Virus record (IMG/VR): IMGVR_UViG_3300032011_004028
Location: 1 to 64,000 of that record
DNA: 64,000 nt
Reading direction: 5' to 3' (one strand)
Origin: a virus
Taxonomy: Duplodnaviria > Caudoviricetes
Shown here piece after piece: positions 54,401-63,813 of this stretch. Below the pieces are notes generated by a model. That model had not been told where the DNA came from. It saw nothing but the letters and a program-made list of their open reading frames with translations, and made no database searches. The translations under genes and the position numbers were made by a program. Every line of letters starts with the position of its first letter. Positions within the stretch are counted from its first letter, which is position 1.

Positions 54401-57400
54401 CGTCGAAATCTTTTGCTACACGAAACGGCAGGTGAAGCGCTTCTAGTAGCGGCCACCCCGTTCCGGGCGCCAACATTTCCAGCCCTCTTCCGGTATTGCC
54501 TTGAGCAAATTCTTGCTGTATCGGGGCCGGGAGATACTGCTGAAACCCTCCTGCGTTGGCTGCCTCTTTTTCGGTTATAGAGGCAAGTTTTGAACCCATA
54601 ACCTCAAACTTCTTAGATCTTAAACCTTTTTGATATTCTCTGTTAGCGTCTGTTTGTATTTGTTCAAGCTCCTGATATGAAGTGAAGCCTCCCCCTCCCG
54701 TTATCCTATCCAACATACCTTGAACATTTTTTTGCGCGGTAGGGGAGCCTTCTAATTTAGAGATCAAACCTCTTATATTACTAGTGACTTCGCGTCCTTT
54801 AGCTAGTCTTTTTTCAGGAGTAGTTTCTACCCTTAATTGCGCCAAGTTAGATCCAAGGTTCGCTATAGCCTCCGAAACCTGCGATCCTTTCTTTTCCATC
54901 TCGGCTAATTCAGCAGATAAAACCTCAAAAGATCGAGTAGCTGCATAAGTATGCTGGGTCACTAAATCCATCCCTAAACTGGCGGCCCCAAGGGCTCCTC
55001 CGGCAGCTGCTCCCCACGGACCACCCATCATCATTCCCATTCCGGCAAAACCCGCTATACCACCGCCACCCCGAGTAAGTGTCTGCTCTATACTCCCCTC
55101 TTCCATTTTTGAGGCTGCAGCCCCGGCGGCCATCTGTACCAGCATGCCACCCATTGCAGCACCCATTCTTCGGGTTTGCGAAGTGGCCGCTTTACTAGCT
55201 TTGGCTGAATCTTTGGCAGCTTTGCCTGCATCTTTCAATCCTTTATCAAGGTCTTTGTAACGGTCTACATCAACGCTCCCTGTGTGTGGCCTACCCGCGC
55301 CGGTAGTTTCATCAAAAAAGTTTGGAACTCCATGAGATTTAGGATTAATACCGCGAGACCGTGCTCTCGAAATACCTTGACCTAATCCTGCGGGTTCATG
55401 TATAGTATTATATACTCCCAATCCTCCCGGGTTACCCCCCGAAACCAAAGAATTACTGCTACCTACCCTTATAGCTGAAGAAGGAACTCCGGCTGAGAGT
55501 TCTCTACCTATTGCATTAGTTAGTGGAGAGACAGCAAAGTTGGGGATATGGCCCAAAGCCTTGTTCATACCTCGAGTAGGAGCTTTCCCAGTAGTGTTCA
55601 AAACCCCTACTGTTCCTCCAGCTGTGGCTTCATACTTCGTTGCTATGGCTTTTACTATATTATTTATATTTGGCCCTACGTTCATTCCGGCTGCGAGAGC
55701 ATCGTTAACAACTTTCTTAGGTATGTTTCCGCTCATCGCCGCCTCTGTTCCAATTTTAGCTTCGATTTTGCTTCTTGTAGGCTTTAACCTTCCCCCTTTT
55801 TTATTAATGAAAGCTATTAAGTCTTTATTGGCATAGTTAGGCCCGTTGTAATCAAAAGCCGCTGATCTATCAGCTAAAGATTGTTCGTCTACGGCCGCCC
55901 TCATCCCTTCTTCAAATATGTCCCCTTCGGTTCCTTTACTCAAGGCTTTCATGTTGAATTTACGAGCCTTAGAATTCGGAAAAAGTTGACGAGATAAATC
56001 TTTTGCGTATTTAGTGAAAGACCTTTGGAGTGAGGGAAATTCGCCAACAGTATTCGAGAAAGTATCTGTACCTTGGCTAAACGGGAATATAGGAACCGCT
56101 GGAAGTGGAGACATCCTTAACATTAGACTCTGAAGAATCTTCCCATCTTTTCCATCAAACATCTTTCTAGGCAACATCTTCTGAAGAGCTGGGATACCTT
56201 TCGGCCCGAGGGCTTGCTGGCTGAACATTATAGGGGTAGTAGCGGTGCCTTCTTCTGTGATAATCCCTATATCTTTCATTTTAGAGATATCAACAGCAAC
56301 ATCTAAATTAACGGGAGCTGGTTTACCTTGTTTTCTGGCCAACTCCGCTTGTATACCTAAAGTTCTTGCGCCTTTATTCCTATTAAGGGTGCTAGCGATA
56401 GCTGACCCTGCCGCGAAGTTGGGGACAAACCCTTCAGCTGCATAAGGATTAAATCCGTGAGCCGCACTAAAAGCGGATTTGTAATTGGCCCCTGCGAGGC
56501 TACGCCTAGGAGGCATTATGGCTGACTGAGACATACCGGGGAACCGTTTAACGGTTTCCGCCGAATTATACATAACCCTACTACCTCCCGGTTGGGTCAT
56601 AGTCCTAATAGCTCCCGCTTTATATCCTCCTGCGGCCGCTCCTGCTCTTTCTGCTCCCGCACTGGCGAAGTTAGGTATAAAACCCGCCGACCCCATATAG
56701 AGGCCTCCGCTACGACCAATTCTTGCACCTTTAGCGGCAACACTTGCAGCGATGGGAGCAGCTATAGTTGTCATAGCGGCCCGTGCTAAAGTCTGAGCTT
56801 GAAGGGTTTTTAGTATTTGCTGCTCTAGACTTAAAATGCTAGTGTCTTTCCTTAAGACCGATTGGAGGAGTAGTGGTTCTTTAGCTAAAGTCTCCACGAT
56901 AGCCGTCTGAATACCCTGCCTCTGTTGAGAGGCTTTATTGATATTCATTATATCCGCAAAAGCTTTTCCCGTGAATTTTGTTAAATTGTAGAAAAGTTTA
57001 CTAACAGTAGCGGTTATAACAACAAGGCCGGGACCAGCGATGAAGTCTCCCAACCCCTGCATTATCCCCTTGCCCCAATTCTTGCCGAAATCTGCCAAAG
57101 CCCCTCCCTCTCCGAAACTCTCTAAAACTCCATTTACAACCCCCAAGGTCCTCCTGATGGCTGGCTCAATTGTAGCCCCTCCTAAACCTGCTCCGGCTTG
57201 AGTCAGGTTCGACATAGTCCGGTTCACTAAGGCGTCTAAACTTTGATTTAACTGTTCGTTTCTTCTATAGGCTTCGTCAGTGGCACTACTGGCCGTTCTT
57301 AACGCCCTTCCATAGTTGGAGGTAGTTGACGATAAGTCGGCCATTGCAGCTTTAAGTATATTAACTTGAAAAACTCCAGCTACCTGCTCCGCAGTTTGAG

Positions 57401-58349
57401 CTTGGGTCGCTTTAGATAACGTACTAAAACCACCTGCTAAATTCTGCAAGACTTGTATCCCACTCAGCGCCTCCCCATTAAAATCGGTAACAGCAATACC
57501 TAAATTTCTTAAATTCTGTAAAACGTCTTTACGCTGCAACCTTGTAAAAATAGTTTTGAAGGCGTTACCAATAACAGCTCCGCCTCGAGCAGTTCTTTGT
57601 TGCACGGCGGTAGTTATAGCTAACAACTCGTCCATACTGACCCCCGCAGAAACTGCAGAAGCGCCTACACGAGATATAGATTTAGCCAAGTCATCGGAAC
57701 TAACAGCAAAAGCTGCATCAACTTTTGCCATTTTGTTGATTACTTGAGCAGAAGTCACCCCTTCTTTATTGAAAGAGTTAACGGCGGCAGTGAGAGATTT
57801 AACGGCTTCTGCCGCATCCATGCCGGTTAATCGAGTAAGAATCAATGCGTCTTTTGTACGCATTAATGTTTTTTCCATCCCTAAACCTTGACGGGCTAAC
57901 TCTGTAGCGGCTTCCGCCACCGTATCAAACCCTTGAGCAGTTTGTTTACCCACTTGAAACATCCCTTGCCCAAATTTTTTGAGGCTCTTCTGGGAGGCGT
58001 TCATCACCACGTTGACATCAAGGAGGGCTTTTTCTACCTTGAGAGTGCTAGAGACCATACCTTTAAAGGCGCGGTCAATTTGCATGATGATTCCGGCTGA
58101 AGCGCCGAAAGCTACAACACGTGCGTTAGAGGCTTCGAGGGACTTGGTAAACTCATCGGCTTTAACCGTAGCCTTAGAGAGGCCGGAGCCTAATGCACGG
58201 ACTTTCTCCCCTCCTGTGCCTCCAAACCCTTTGAGAGCTTTACCGCTAGCGACCCCAAGCCTCTCCATTTCCTTTCGGATACGGGCTAAATCTCTGTCTG
58301 CATCTCGGGTATTGAGTAAGAAATCAATTGTTACGCTATCTTTTGCCAT
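51414..58349 (-). CDS. Tail tape measure protein (TP901-type core)
   Basis: 2311 aa, Ala/Gly-rich; EAATELARQG, KVDAAFAVSSDDLA, IGNAFKTIF; C-terminal VPAMMNGGEFV. Confidence 0.92.
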   Translation of the reverse strand: MAKDSVTIDFLLNTRDADRDLARIRKEMERLGVASGKALKGFGGTGGEKVRALGSGLSKATVKADEFTKSLEASNARVVAFGASAGIIMQIDRAFKGMVSSTLKVEKALLDVNVVMNASQKSLKKFGQGMFQVGKQTAQGFDTVAEAATELARQGLGMEKTLMRTKDALILTRLTGMDAAEAVKSLTAAVNSFNKEGVTSAQVINKMAKVDAAFAVSSDDLAKSISRVGASAVSAGVSMDELLAITTAVQQRTARGGAVIGNAFKTIFTRLQRKDVLQNLRNLGIAVTDFNGEALSGIQVLQNLAGGFSTLSKATQAQTAEQVAGVFQVNILKAAMADLSSTTSNYGRALRTASSATDEAYRRNEQLNQSLDALVNRTMSNLTQAGAGLGGATIEPAIRRTLGVVNGVLESFGEGGALADFGKNWGKGIMQGLGDFIAGPGLVVITATVSKLFYNLTKFTGKAFADIMNINKASQQRQGIQTAIVETLAKEPLLLQSVLRKDTSILSLEQQILKTLQAQTLARAAMTTIAAPIAASVAAKGARIGRSGGLYMGSAGFIPNFASAGAERAGAAAGGYKAGAIRTMTQPGGSRVMYNSAETVKRFPGMSQSAIMPPRRSLAGANYKSAFSAAHGFNPYAAEGFVPNFAAGSAIASTLNRNKGARTLGIQAELARKQGKPAPVNLDVAVDISKMKDIGIITEEGTATTPIMFSQQALGPKGIPALQKMLPRKMFDGKDGKILQSLMLRMSPLPAVPIFPFSQGTDTFSNTVGEFPSLQRSFTKYAKDLSRQLFPNSKARKFNMKALSKGTEGDIFEEGMRAAVDEQSLADRSAAFDYNGPNYANKDLIAFINKKGGRLKPTRSKIEAKIGTEAAMSGNIPKKVVNDALAAGMNVGPNINNIVKAIATKYEATAGGTVGVLNTTGKAPTRGMNKALGHIPNFAVSPLTNAIGRELSAGVPSSAIRVGSSNSLVSGGNPGGLGVYNTIHEPAGLGQGISRARSRGINPKSHGVPNFFDETTGAGRPHTGSVDVDRYKDLDKGLKDAGKAAKDSAKASKAATSQTRRMGAAMGGMLVQMAAGAAASKMEEGSIEQTLTRGGGGIAGFAGMGMMMGGPWGAAAGGALGAASLGMDLVTQHTYAATRSFEVLSAELAEMEKKGSQVSEAIANLGSNLAQLRVETTPEKRLAKGREVTSNIRGLISKLEGSPTAQKNVQGMLDRITGGGGFTSYQELEQIQTDANREYQKGLRSKKFEVMGSKLASITEKEAANAGGFQQYLPAPIQQEFAQGNTGRGLEMLAPGTGWPLLEALHLPFRVAKDFDVPVLKHLAGEGMMEEFQREIGSARKARAARATPDFYSKFMGTKALDQKGDIGTVLRNNPEALSIIQGLTAQTSRLGPSGGRNYDIFRSSPLMAAGGGFEKRMDKAMDVAGIASDARTAFKKTVNTPEARIAFINMLSGRGIPGAGSGWISTDVKGRKAKPFASQFSPQSIKQDIGLAESASKLAPEEQKAAARIGARETRSFVEGLRQASVASKNRVKETQLEIKQSTELRKVQNNYDMALAKATKDTFGVADAKLAQSLNEAAKNFENASRVARETFDSQMASDVAGFAKEFETFASKFDKGTWGRTGTAFDPKTGRALPKGAFGLPFGGGVDVPNIDIARSTFQSLGRGGTDALQERILAVQEKERKKGTLTIEEQIVKEFGPKVLDKLLTRSEELDQKMKELGIQNSNAKTLAEKQNAIDKKMLEISRQFNKDKANELAITKQIVDQKKLVYYEDLRAAGKMSAADVLSQQDITQRNRMRTEGINQSDIGGAFGRGFRGGMTYDDYALFDDLKSGGADAAASMKSSFADAFKSITSGATDARSAIAQFADSILNTISDITARIGTNMLFSQMGFSRGGSVPGYNRGGIVTGGSGYKDDVPAMMNGGEFVIKKSAAQKIGYSALNAINGGAPGYSMGGMFAVSAGASAVSGLINQSNQKQASPWRGQDYGHGRGAYGYYGGPDVNATGASFAGGSSQSAAISLSKGFNFYRRDPATGRLVSERSRPTEGAYDVSSGLSLAGRLGADDPQTARMFSREEAMGGYQDYLTDETRRRKEVVRAHEAKKRGRLISAYANAAMLIGGSYMMGKTGPLTSELTGASVSGGGRKNFNALSASQRGGMSARDYLDAGVGINDSGLPDMAQGGSAKRSPAMLMGGEYVMSPDTVRTHGLGFMNELNRGNVPGYANGGYVGSAGTVGAGINNNVSINVNVDKRGNASVDASQDSSNASSEGSVKEAEKNKQLGAALQTVVVQEIIKQQRPGGLLQNTTKFGSV

Positions 58350-58380
58350 ATTCCTAGTGTATTATTACACTATTTTTGGC

Positions 58381-59376
58381 TTACGTTCCGTGAATTTTCA
58401 TCATATCATCCATACTAAGCCTTCCTCCCTTTTCTGCGGCTTTCTTAGCGAGACTTATAGTTTCCCCCGGATTATCTAAACCTAAACGTTTAAGATCGTC
58501 TTTTGTTGCTCCAACAAGCGATGTAGCTCCGTGCTCTCCCGCTTTAGCTTCAGATTTTTCAAGAGTTTCAGCGGCGCTTTTTGTCGACTCAAACCACTCT
58601 ACAAGCTTTTCTGGGTGTTCGGCGATATGATCTGGCGGCTTCTTCTCTGAATTCTGGATCATGCTCTTGTAATAACGCCCATAACCGAATAATTCAAGCT
58701 GGTAAAAACTCAAATTGACTAAAGGTTTCCCAAAAAATACATGAGCATTGTCTTCGCATAAATAAAAGATGTTAGTAAAGAACGCGGAGACGGAAATCCT
58801 CTTTAAAAGAGGGGATTTAAATTTTTCTACCGACTTATTATATAACCCGATTAAACTTACAAGTTTTTGTTCCTCTAAATCCTCATATTCCTCAGCCGTA
58901 AACAAGCTCTCCCCTCCTTCAGTTTTCAAGGCATTGTAAATGTAATGTTCATTGATCCTACGTGAAGCATAGGCTTCGGCAGTAAATCCTATTAACTCTT
59001 CTTTCTCGTGCTCTAGTTCTATTAGCTTGGTTCGTTGAATTTTAAGCTCCTCATTAGCTTGATTTACGTGGGCCTGAAGAAAAACTTTCTTTTTTGTATT
59101 TTCCAATCCTGCTATGTGTGATTTAGTATTTAAAACCTCTTTATTTTTTTCTTCGGTCCAAATTTCCTGTTCCAGAAGGTCGTCGATTCGTTGTTTTCTG
59201 GAGGGGAGACCTTCGTCAATAGCTTTTTTATAGAAGGCGCGATTTTTAATATCTAATTCAGCAGAATCAAAATTAGTAAAATGTTTAATCCTAACTGTTT
59301 TATAATATTCAGACTGAACTAGGGAAAAACCCCTAAGTATTTCGGAAAAAGTAACCTTTAAGTCTATAGGGTCCAT
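58381..59376 (-). CDS. Putative tail assembly chaperone
   Basis: Immediately upstream of the TMP; charged and helical. Confidence 0.5.
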   Translation of the reverse strand: MDPIDLKVTFSEILRGFSLVQSEYYKTVRIKHFTNFDSAELDIKNRAFYKKAIDEGLPSRKQRIDDLLEQEIWTEEKNKEVLNTKSHIAGLENTKKKVFLQAHVNQANEELKIQRTKLIELEHEKEELIGFTAEAYASRRINEHYIYNALKTEGGESLFTAEEYEDLEEQKLVSLIGLYNKSVEKFKSPLLKRISVSAFFTNIFYLCEDNAHVFFGKPLVNLSFYQLELFGYGRYYKSMIQNSEKKPPDHIAEHPEKLVEWFESTKSAAETLEKSEAKAGEHGATSLVGATKDDLKRLGLDNPGETISLAKKAAEKGGRLSMDDMMKIHGT

Positions 59377-60152
59377 CACCCATCTGTCTTTTCTTCCTCT
59401 TCGGCTTCTTCATCTAACTTAAGGGCTAGATCTACCATTTCTTGGAATTCTTTTTGAGTATTAGGCCTTCCCACGAACCAAAAGCTGACATAATAGGCGA
59501 ACTTACGAGCTACGACAATCTCAAAGATATCGTCTCCCTCGTCTATGTCGTCATAGGTCTTTAATTTACTCTCAAGGTCGCCAGAACCAAAAAATTCTAC
59601 GTCTTTTCCGTCTTGTTCTGAGTGAGCCAAGTGAAGCATCCACCACAATATAACCTTGTTGCGAGCACGACTTTCCGCGGTTTCTTCATAAAGGCTGTCT
59701 TCCTCTAATTGGAGATCTCGCAGTTCCTTACGCGCAGGACGGACCTCTTTTTCGAGCTCTTTAAGCCTTTTCTTTTGGGAAGTGGTTCTTTTTTTCTCGG
59801 TGATGTCTAGGATTTTAGACTGCTCTTCATAGAAGTTTTTAAGCCTATCTGTAATAGCTTTATATTTCTTAGTATCTTGTTCGCTCCGGGTTCCCCCGTC
59901 GTTTTCAAAGCGTTTTTCAAGCAATGCTCGCGTTAAGAGCCCAGCTTTAATTCCTTCAGCTAGTTTTACTCCATAATATAACTCGGCCTCATCAGTCATA
60001 GCGCGAGTAGGTCGTCTTAAAAAGAATTTATGAGGGACCTCTTTTACTACATCTTTAGAAGTGGTTACTTCGCTACCGTCTTTTTTCTTTTCAACGGACT
60101 TTTCTTGAACGGTCTCTTCCTTATTTACGGTGAACTCGTATATGCGCTTCAT
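59376..60152 (-). CDS. Putative tail assembly chaperone
   Basis: Between the tail tube and TMP genes; charged and helical. Confidence 0.5.
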   Translation of the reverse strand: MKRIYEFTVNKEETVQEKSVEKKKDGSEVTTSKDVVKEVPHKFFLRRPTRAMTDEAELYYGVKLAEGIKAGLLTRALLEKRFENDGGTRSEQDTKKYKAITDRLKNFYEEQSKILDITEKKRTTSQKKRLKELEKEVRPARKELRDLQLEEDSLYEETAESRARNKVILWWMLHLAHSEQDGKDVEFFGSGDLESKLKTYDDIDEGDDIFEIVVARKFAYYVSFWFVGRPNTQKEFQEMVDLALKLDEEAEEEEKTDG

Positions 60153-60403
60153 TTTGGTTTATTATTGTTGTATTCGACGAATTTTTCAAAATATTCCTCC
60201 AAATCGCGAATTGTATCATTTCCTAAATCTAGGATTCTTTTACGGATTCTTTGGTGGGTTTCTTCGGGAATTTTGAGTCCATCGACCTGAAGATCTTCGA
60301 GGATAAAAAAGAATTGTTTATAGAGATTTGTTATTTTCCGCTTTGTTTGAAAAGCAAAAAAATTATTGATTATGTCCCTATCCTTTCCTTCTTCCTTAGA
60401 CAT
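60149..60403 (-). CDS. Hypothetical protein
   Basis: 84-aa ORF with GTGTAA upstream. Confidence 0.6.
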   Translation of the reverse strand: MSKEEGKDRDIINNFFAFQTKRKITNLYKQFFFILEDLQVDGLKIPEETHQRIRKRILDLGNDTIRDLEEYFEKFVEYNNNKPK

Positions 60404-60445
60404 GCCTTCTACCTTATATCCTACTATAAATTACACTATTTGAAC

Positions 60446-60474
60446 AAAAAAAATCCCCCAAAAGGGGGATTTTT
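60446..60474 (-). terminator. Intrinsic terminator after the major tail gene
   Basis: AAAAATCCCCC-TTTT-GGGGGATTTTT plus T tract on the minus strand. Confidence 0.85.
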
Positions 60475-60494
60475 GCAAAATATAAAACGGGACA

Positions 60495-61844
60495 TTAGAA
60501 CCCTCTATTTGTAGTGATATTATTAAATCCACTCATAAAAATACCAACATCAGTCTGCTCAGGTCCACCAATCTGGTTACTGAAATCAAGAGTTACTGAT
60601 TTGTTATCACCGATAGAAGACGTAAACGATTCACTGTCAAGTTTCAGCTTACGCATTAAGATAGCCGCTACAACCGGTTTGTCGGCGGGAACATTGCAAT
60701 TTCCTGCAGTCTTCATCTTGATTACAGCATCGTAAGATTCGTCACAATTAATATAGTCCGCTATACTGCCACTCGTCAAATCTGCCAACACGGCATCGAC
60801 GCTTAAACTTGAAGTAATTGGGAAGTCAACCACACGAGCGAAAGCGAATCGTGAGCCAAGTCTTTCAATTGGTGTACGACTAAGATCGAAACTTACGTTA
60901 TAGCTCTGGATATGAGCATCAGCAATGTCTGCACCATTAATAAGGTCTTCCGAGGTAGCACCTCCGTTCATCAAGGCTTCGTCAATATTAGCTGACGCAT
61001 CGTGAGCATAGAGACTTAGAGTAATGTCACCCGGACGAAGAGAGCTAATGTCAGAGCCAGCATCCATCGTAGCGTTTCCGCTATAAACCGGTAGAGCGAC
61101 GTTCTCACTTACCTTCGTTCCATCGGTAGCGTTAACCGCTGGGCTTATTCCTGAGATATATTGAAGCTGCTCATGCACCCCATTTACAGTCCCGGTCCGG
61201 AAACCCGGATTTAGCGGAGACGCCCCAACTTGATTAACATTGTCACCACTTTTAATAGGAAGGTTTACAAAATTCATGTTTTGGCCTTCCACAGAAACAC
61301 TTGCGGTTGGCAGGCCTCCTACAGAAGCTTCTGTGCTGTAAGAAGTAATAAACCCATTACCAATACCAATAATACTCTCGTAATTACCAGTCACCATAAG
61401 ATCGGCTGCATCTGCGCCTTCTTTAGTAGTTAGGACAAAGTAATCTTTTTGGTTTGCCGTAGTGGCTGAGTTAATAATACCTGAAATACAAGAGGTCATT
61501 TCCGGACCTATATTTGGCTCAGCGCCCGCCGTTCCTTGTGTAGCGCTCCCTGACATAGGAACTCCACTTGGGGTTATCTCAAATCCAAGGGCCTCCTCGT
61601 TACCAAAACCATTCACATAATAGCTCGTATCAAAACTGACAGTAGGAGTATCGATAATGATACGGTCAATAGCAGCTAGCTCACCGAACTGGTTAACGTC
61701 CTGACGAGCAACGCTAAAACTATAGTTTGCGCTTTGAACACGTTGTAGAGCGACTACGTCTCCGGACTGGGTAAGGTCGCTGTCGTATGCAGCTTGACTG
61801 GCGTATACAGCCTGACTTTGGTAAATTACTCGATTTCTTGCCAT
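60495..61844 (-). CDS. Major tail tube protein (tandem duplicated tube domain)
   Basis: Two internal repeats RVQSANYSFSVARQDVNQFG / HIQSYNVSFDLSRTPIERLG; position before chaperones and TMP; own terminator. Confidence 0.8.
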   Translation of the reverse strand: MARNRVIYQSQAVYASQAAYDSDLTQSGDVVALQRVQSANYSFSVARQDVNQFGELAAIDRIIIDTPTVSFDTSYYVNGFGNEEALGFEITPSGVPMSGSATQGTAGAEPNIGPEMTSCISGIINSATTANQKDYFVLTTKEGADAADLMVTGNYESIIGIGNGFITSYSTEASVGGLPTASVSVEGQNMNFVNLPIKSGDNVNQVGASPLNPGFRTGTVNGVHEQLQYISGISPAVNATDGTKVSENVALPVYSGNATMDAGSDISSLRPGDITLSLYAHDASANIDEALMNGGATSEDLINGADIADAHIQSYNVSFDLSRTPIERLGSRFAFARVVDFPITSSLSVDAVLADLTSGSIADYINCDESYDAVIKMKTAGNCNVPADKPVVAAILMRKLKLDSESFTSSIGDNKSVTLDFSNQIGGPEQTDVGIFMSGFNNITTNRGF

Positions 61845-61907
61845 GTTAAAAATTCCTTATTGTTATTTTAATTTACAGTTAATATGTCTAAAAGTGAAAT
61901 TATTTTG

Positions 61908-62780
61908 TTATTCTCGGGGTAATCTGACGTTACTAAGCTCAAAATCAATTAAAGTAGAATAAACATTGGGGTTAAACTTCCTTACTTCATTCTCTAAAAC
62001 CCTGTCAAAACGGGACACGTTTACCTCTTCGATAAACATTCTATCCGCATAACCTTTGGTGCCTGCTATTCCTGTATAATTAAATTCATTATTTGTCCTA
62101 AAGTAACCAAAAGCATTAAAAGGCATATCAGACTCTTCAAATAAAGCTATTTCAGTTTTAACCTGATCGCGGAAAAGGCTACCTATAGCATCAATATCAA
62201 ATTGGCTATCGGCAATCACTATGGCTCGAGCCTTAACCCATGTGGTATCTTGGCCGCCAAGAGCGAAAGGCTCATTGTAAGTTCCGTTAGCCTTCAGATA
62301 AACTACGGGGTAAGTTTTTGTATCTGGCTCTAATCCCGTGGGGACCACACTAGAAATTTGATTACGGTTAGTATATTGAGTTTGAAATAATAACTCGTCC
62401 TCTGTCCTACTAGTAAGAAAGGTATTGAAATCCTTTATGGCAAAACTTCCTGTGATCGGGTCCGTATTATCTCCGGACCAGTAGGTTCTTCCATTATTGT
62501 AATCAATGGCATATAAACCAGTGGCTCCGCCTTCTCCCACGTTAACTAAATTGTCATTACTCCCAACGTACAATCCTGTGGGGATAGTGGCGCCATCAAT
62601 GGAGGAATCCGCAACAATTTGAGAGTAAGAACTGGCATAAGTTTCATATCCTGCAAAATCCTCAGAGACACTATAAAAACGACCAGTAGTATTCTGGTAA
62701 GCATCGCCTTTATCTAAGAGTTTGTTATCAAACCATAGAAGCAGGCTGGACATTACTTTATTATCAAATTGGGGCTTCAT
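61908..62780 (-). CDS. Putative tail terminator/neck protein
   Basis: Position upstream of the tail tube; YPVVYL. Confidence 0.5.
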   Translation of the reverse strand: MKPQFDNKVMSSLLLWFDNKLLDKGDAYQNTTGRFYSVSEDFAGYETYASSYSQIVADSSIDGATIPTGLYVGSNDNLVNVGEGGATGLYAIDYNNGRTYWSGDNTDPITGSFAIKDFNTFLTSRTEDELLFQTQYTNRNQISSVVPTGLEPDTKTYPVVYLKANGTYNEPFALGGQDTTWVKARAIVIADSQFDIDAIGSLFRDQVKTEIALFEESDMPFNAFGYFRTNNEFNYTGIAGTKGYADRMFIEEVNVSRFDRVLENEVRKFNPNVYSTLIDFELSNVRLPRE

Positions 62781-63376
62781 TTCAGTCGACGTTTAAATTT
62801 CATTAACATTGGGGTAATGTAGGGAGTAGGTGAAAAGTTGACGTAAGTAGAGCTAGATTTTCCCCCTTGAATAGCAAACCCAGACCTACTGTCTTCGCTT
62901 CTACCGAAAATGGTATTTGTAAAGTTTCCAATTCCTTTTTCTACCCCTTTAACCCAGCTCTGGCTTGTCCAAGGCAACGGCGTAACCCCATATATTTCGG
63001 TCATAGAAGGGTAGCTTATAGGGAAATCCCATTGCAAAATATTCGCAGTTGATTTCCTTAACCTAGGTTGTTTTTGCACCTGAATAAAATCTTCAAACCC
63101 TTGACGAATTATTTCTACCGGTTTGGCAGATTGCCGGAAGCCTAAAAAAGCGAAAAAGTTTCCATACCCCCCCATAAGAGGACTATTCATTCCAGAAACC
63201 CCCTGTTCTATCTCTTTTGTAACAGGGTGACTATTTAATTCTGCAAGAAGTTCTTTCTTTAATTTATTTACTTTCTTTAACGCAGCTCCGTAAGCTATAT
63301 TTTGCAGAGTCTTAGAGTTGGCAATTTTTTTCTTTAAAACCTGCTTTACTGTTAAGTTTTTAGGTTTGAGCTTCAT
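62777..63376 (-). CDS. Putative tail completion/neck protein
   Basis: Basic ORF in the neck gene position. Confidence 0.45.
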   Translation of the reverse strand: MKLKPKNLTVKQVLKKKIANSKTLQNIAYGAALKKVNKLKKELLAELNSHPVTKEIEQGVSGMNSPLMGGYGNFFAFLGFRQSAKPVEIIRQGFEDFIQVQKQPRLRKSTANILQWDFPISYPSMTEIYGVTPLPWTSQSWVKGVEKGIGNFTNTIFGRSEDSRSGFAIQGGKSSSTYVNFSPTPYITPMLMKFKRRLK

Positions 63377-63813
63377 TAAGTGGTAGCCTCCAAGTAATAA
63401 ACATAATAAGTTTGACCTATAAAAAATCGCGCTCCATCAGAACTAACAACGTTAAATAAGCTGCCATTGATTCCTATAGAGTTAGTTTTACCTTTCTCAA
63501 TGTAATTTTTACAATCTAGTTCAACTTTAATTCTTACGTCGCCCTTTTCTATCATAACTTTAAGTTCGTCTTGATACTCTAAGGGTTGATTTTCTTTGTA
63601 ATTAATTATAGCTGTAAAGTCCTGACTAACAGGGGTATAGGTCACGGTCTCTTTCGGCGCGCTGTAGCCTGCGTAAATATTTTGATCAGCGGCCAAAGTT
63701 ATTGTTTTCTTGGGATCTTTATTAACCGTGATCGTAGCCTTAAACGTGTCAAAATGATCGGCAAGAGCCGCCTTGAACGTTGTCTGAGCTGATGTTGGTA
63801 TAAGCGAAGGCAT
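63376..63813 (-). CDS. Putative head-closure (stopper) protein
   Basis: 145-aa beta-rich ORF; position in the neck cluster. Confidence 0.45.
   Translation of the reverse strand: MPSLIPTSAQTTFKAALADHFDTFKATITVNKDPKKTITLAADQNIYAGYSAPKETVTYTPVSQDFTAIINYKENQPLEYQDELKVMIEKGDVRIKVELDCKNYIEKGKTNSIGINGSLFNVVSSDGARFFIGQTYYVYYLEATT

Noticed and set aside
59370-59400. Programmed frameshift between the two tail chaperone genes (lambda G/GT style)
   Set aside because: No slippery heptamer before the stop; a simple TGATG overlap explains the junction.
24-63792. The many 60-165-aa antisense or nested ORFs in the track (e.g. 33336-33833, 57979-58479, 31880-32242, 49407-49757)
   Set aside because: They are shadow frames of well-supported genes, with no motifs or expression signals.
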